DNA from: Octopus sinensis
Lineage: Eukaryota
DNA length: 64,000 nucleotides
Direction of reading: 5' to 3'
Assembly: GCF_006345805.1 (NCBI RefSeq)
Contig: NW_021833295.1
Location: forward strand, 1 to 64,000
Position numbers and translations under genes: made by a program. The notes below the pieces were generated by a model. That model was not told the DNA's origin. It did not search any database and saw only the letters and a list, made by a program, of their open reading frames with translations. Shown here in pieces: positions 63,204 to 64,000 of the stretch (positions are counted from its first letter, which is position 1; each line of letters begins with the position of its first letter).

Positions 63204-63693
63204 ATGTCTAGTTCTGAAGATAACAACAATGAAGAATCCGAATCTGATTCATACGAGTCTCTCGAGTTCGAAAGGTTAGCAAATCTGAGGTCGCACATGT
63301 AGTGACGACTCGAGCGATGATTCAGACGAATGGGACCCTTTCGATGGCTTTGACGAAGAAACAGAAAAGCTTTCGGATTCGAATGAGACTGAGCTTATAC
63401 TAAGTTCAATTGACTATATTTCCATCGATATTGAGCAGGATAAGGATGGAGTTTGCAAATCCTGTCGTTGTCTATTTAACCAACAACTGAAAATTCCCCT
63501 CTTTTTGTTCGAATGTCTGCACACACTCTGCAGAAGGTGCATAATTAAGCAACTCAGTGTGACCGGGTGGACAGTTCAATGTCCTTTGTGCTTCAAGAAA
63601 ACTGAATTGCCACTTCGCGATCGGTTTTCTGTGCTTGAAATAGATTTACATTCTCTTCAAATTGCTATTTCCAAAAATGAAACAAGCCATTAA
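63204..63693 (+). CDS. Small RING-HC protein with acidic N-terminus
   Basis: One 28-nt intron; acidic stretch, then CKSC..CLHTLCRRC..CPLC. Confidence 0.75.
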
Positions 63694-64000
63694 TTTTATC
63701 TAAGAATTTTATCAGATGCTTATTTGATATGCTTTTTATATTTAATAAATTTTACACTATCAAACTTTTTTGGCATAAAAAGAGAGTTCAGAATAGTGTC
63801 TCAAGCAGGCACCCACGGCTTAAAGGATATAAACGTACATTCTTTGATTAAATATTTTCGGTAGATCTCACTGAGAATCGAATTGGGAAGATACTTGGAT
63901 TGTCTAAAGACCTTATTATTTTTATGATTTTAAGGATTTGGTCAAAATAATCCCAAATAACTTTTTGGGTGGTCAAACTTTTTGAAAAATTAATGATTGT

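Noticed and set aside
156-63693. Stop-codon readthrough or extensive recoding to explain the fragmented ORFs
   Set aside because: Almost every break is resolved by a 19-31 nt GT-AG or GC-AG intron that restores homology.
1-64000. rRNA, tRNA, snRNA or SL RNA genes and prokaryotic defence systems
   Set aside because: No cloverleaf, T-loop, rRNA or Sm-site hairpin signature recognised by eye; a covariance-model search would be needed to exclude diverged ncRNAs.

Overview
This is eukaryotic, almost certainly metazoan, nuclear DNA from a highly compacted genome, not prokaryotic DNA. Animal markers include an NK2 homeobox, Cramped, an O-GlcNAcase with a pseudo-HAT domain, an AP-1-like bZIP and STAG. 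Nearly every housekeeping gene is split by tiny spliceosomal introns of about 19-31 nt, so the ORF track is fragmented and misses some genes (ATG8, ANAPC16-like). That architecture fits a dicyemid or myxozoan-type parasite, but the taxon cannot be fixed from sequence alone. I hand-spliced about 27 protein-coding genes in dense clusters; gaps are as short as 52 bp between start codons and 8 bp between stop codons. AT-rich zones between clusters hold LINE, hAT, pogo and Tc1 debris. Notable features: (1) tiny introns, including GC-AG and stop-free 3n introns; (2) a ~2 kb inverted duplication of a ZIP transporter plus EF-hand gene pair, bounded by LINE fragments; (3) an RLE-type LINE flanked by a diverged ~100 bp duplication of a bidirectional promoter; (4) two hAT elements with perfect 8-bp TSDs nested in one pogo remnant; (5) an atypical Rho GTPase that is probably hydrolysis-deficient; (6) a large NACHT-WD40 protein. 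Several -1 frameshifts at homopolymers look like long-read consensus errors. No rRNA, tRNA or CRISPR was found. Protein family calls rest on motif recognition from memory, not database searches.
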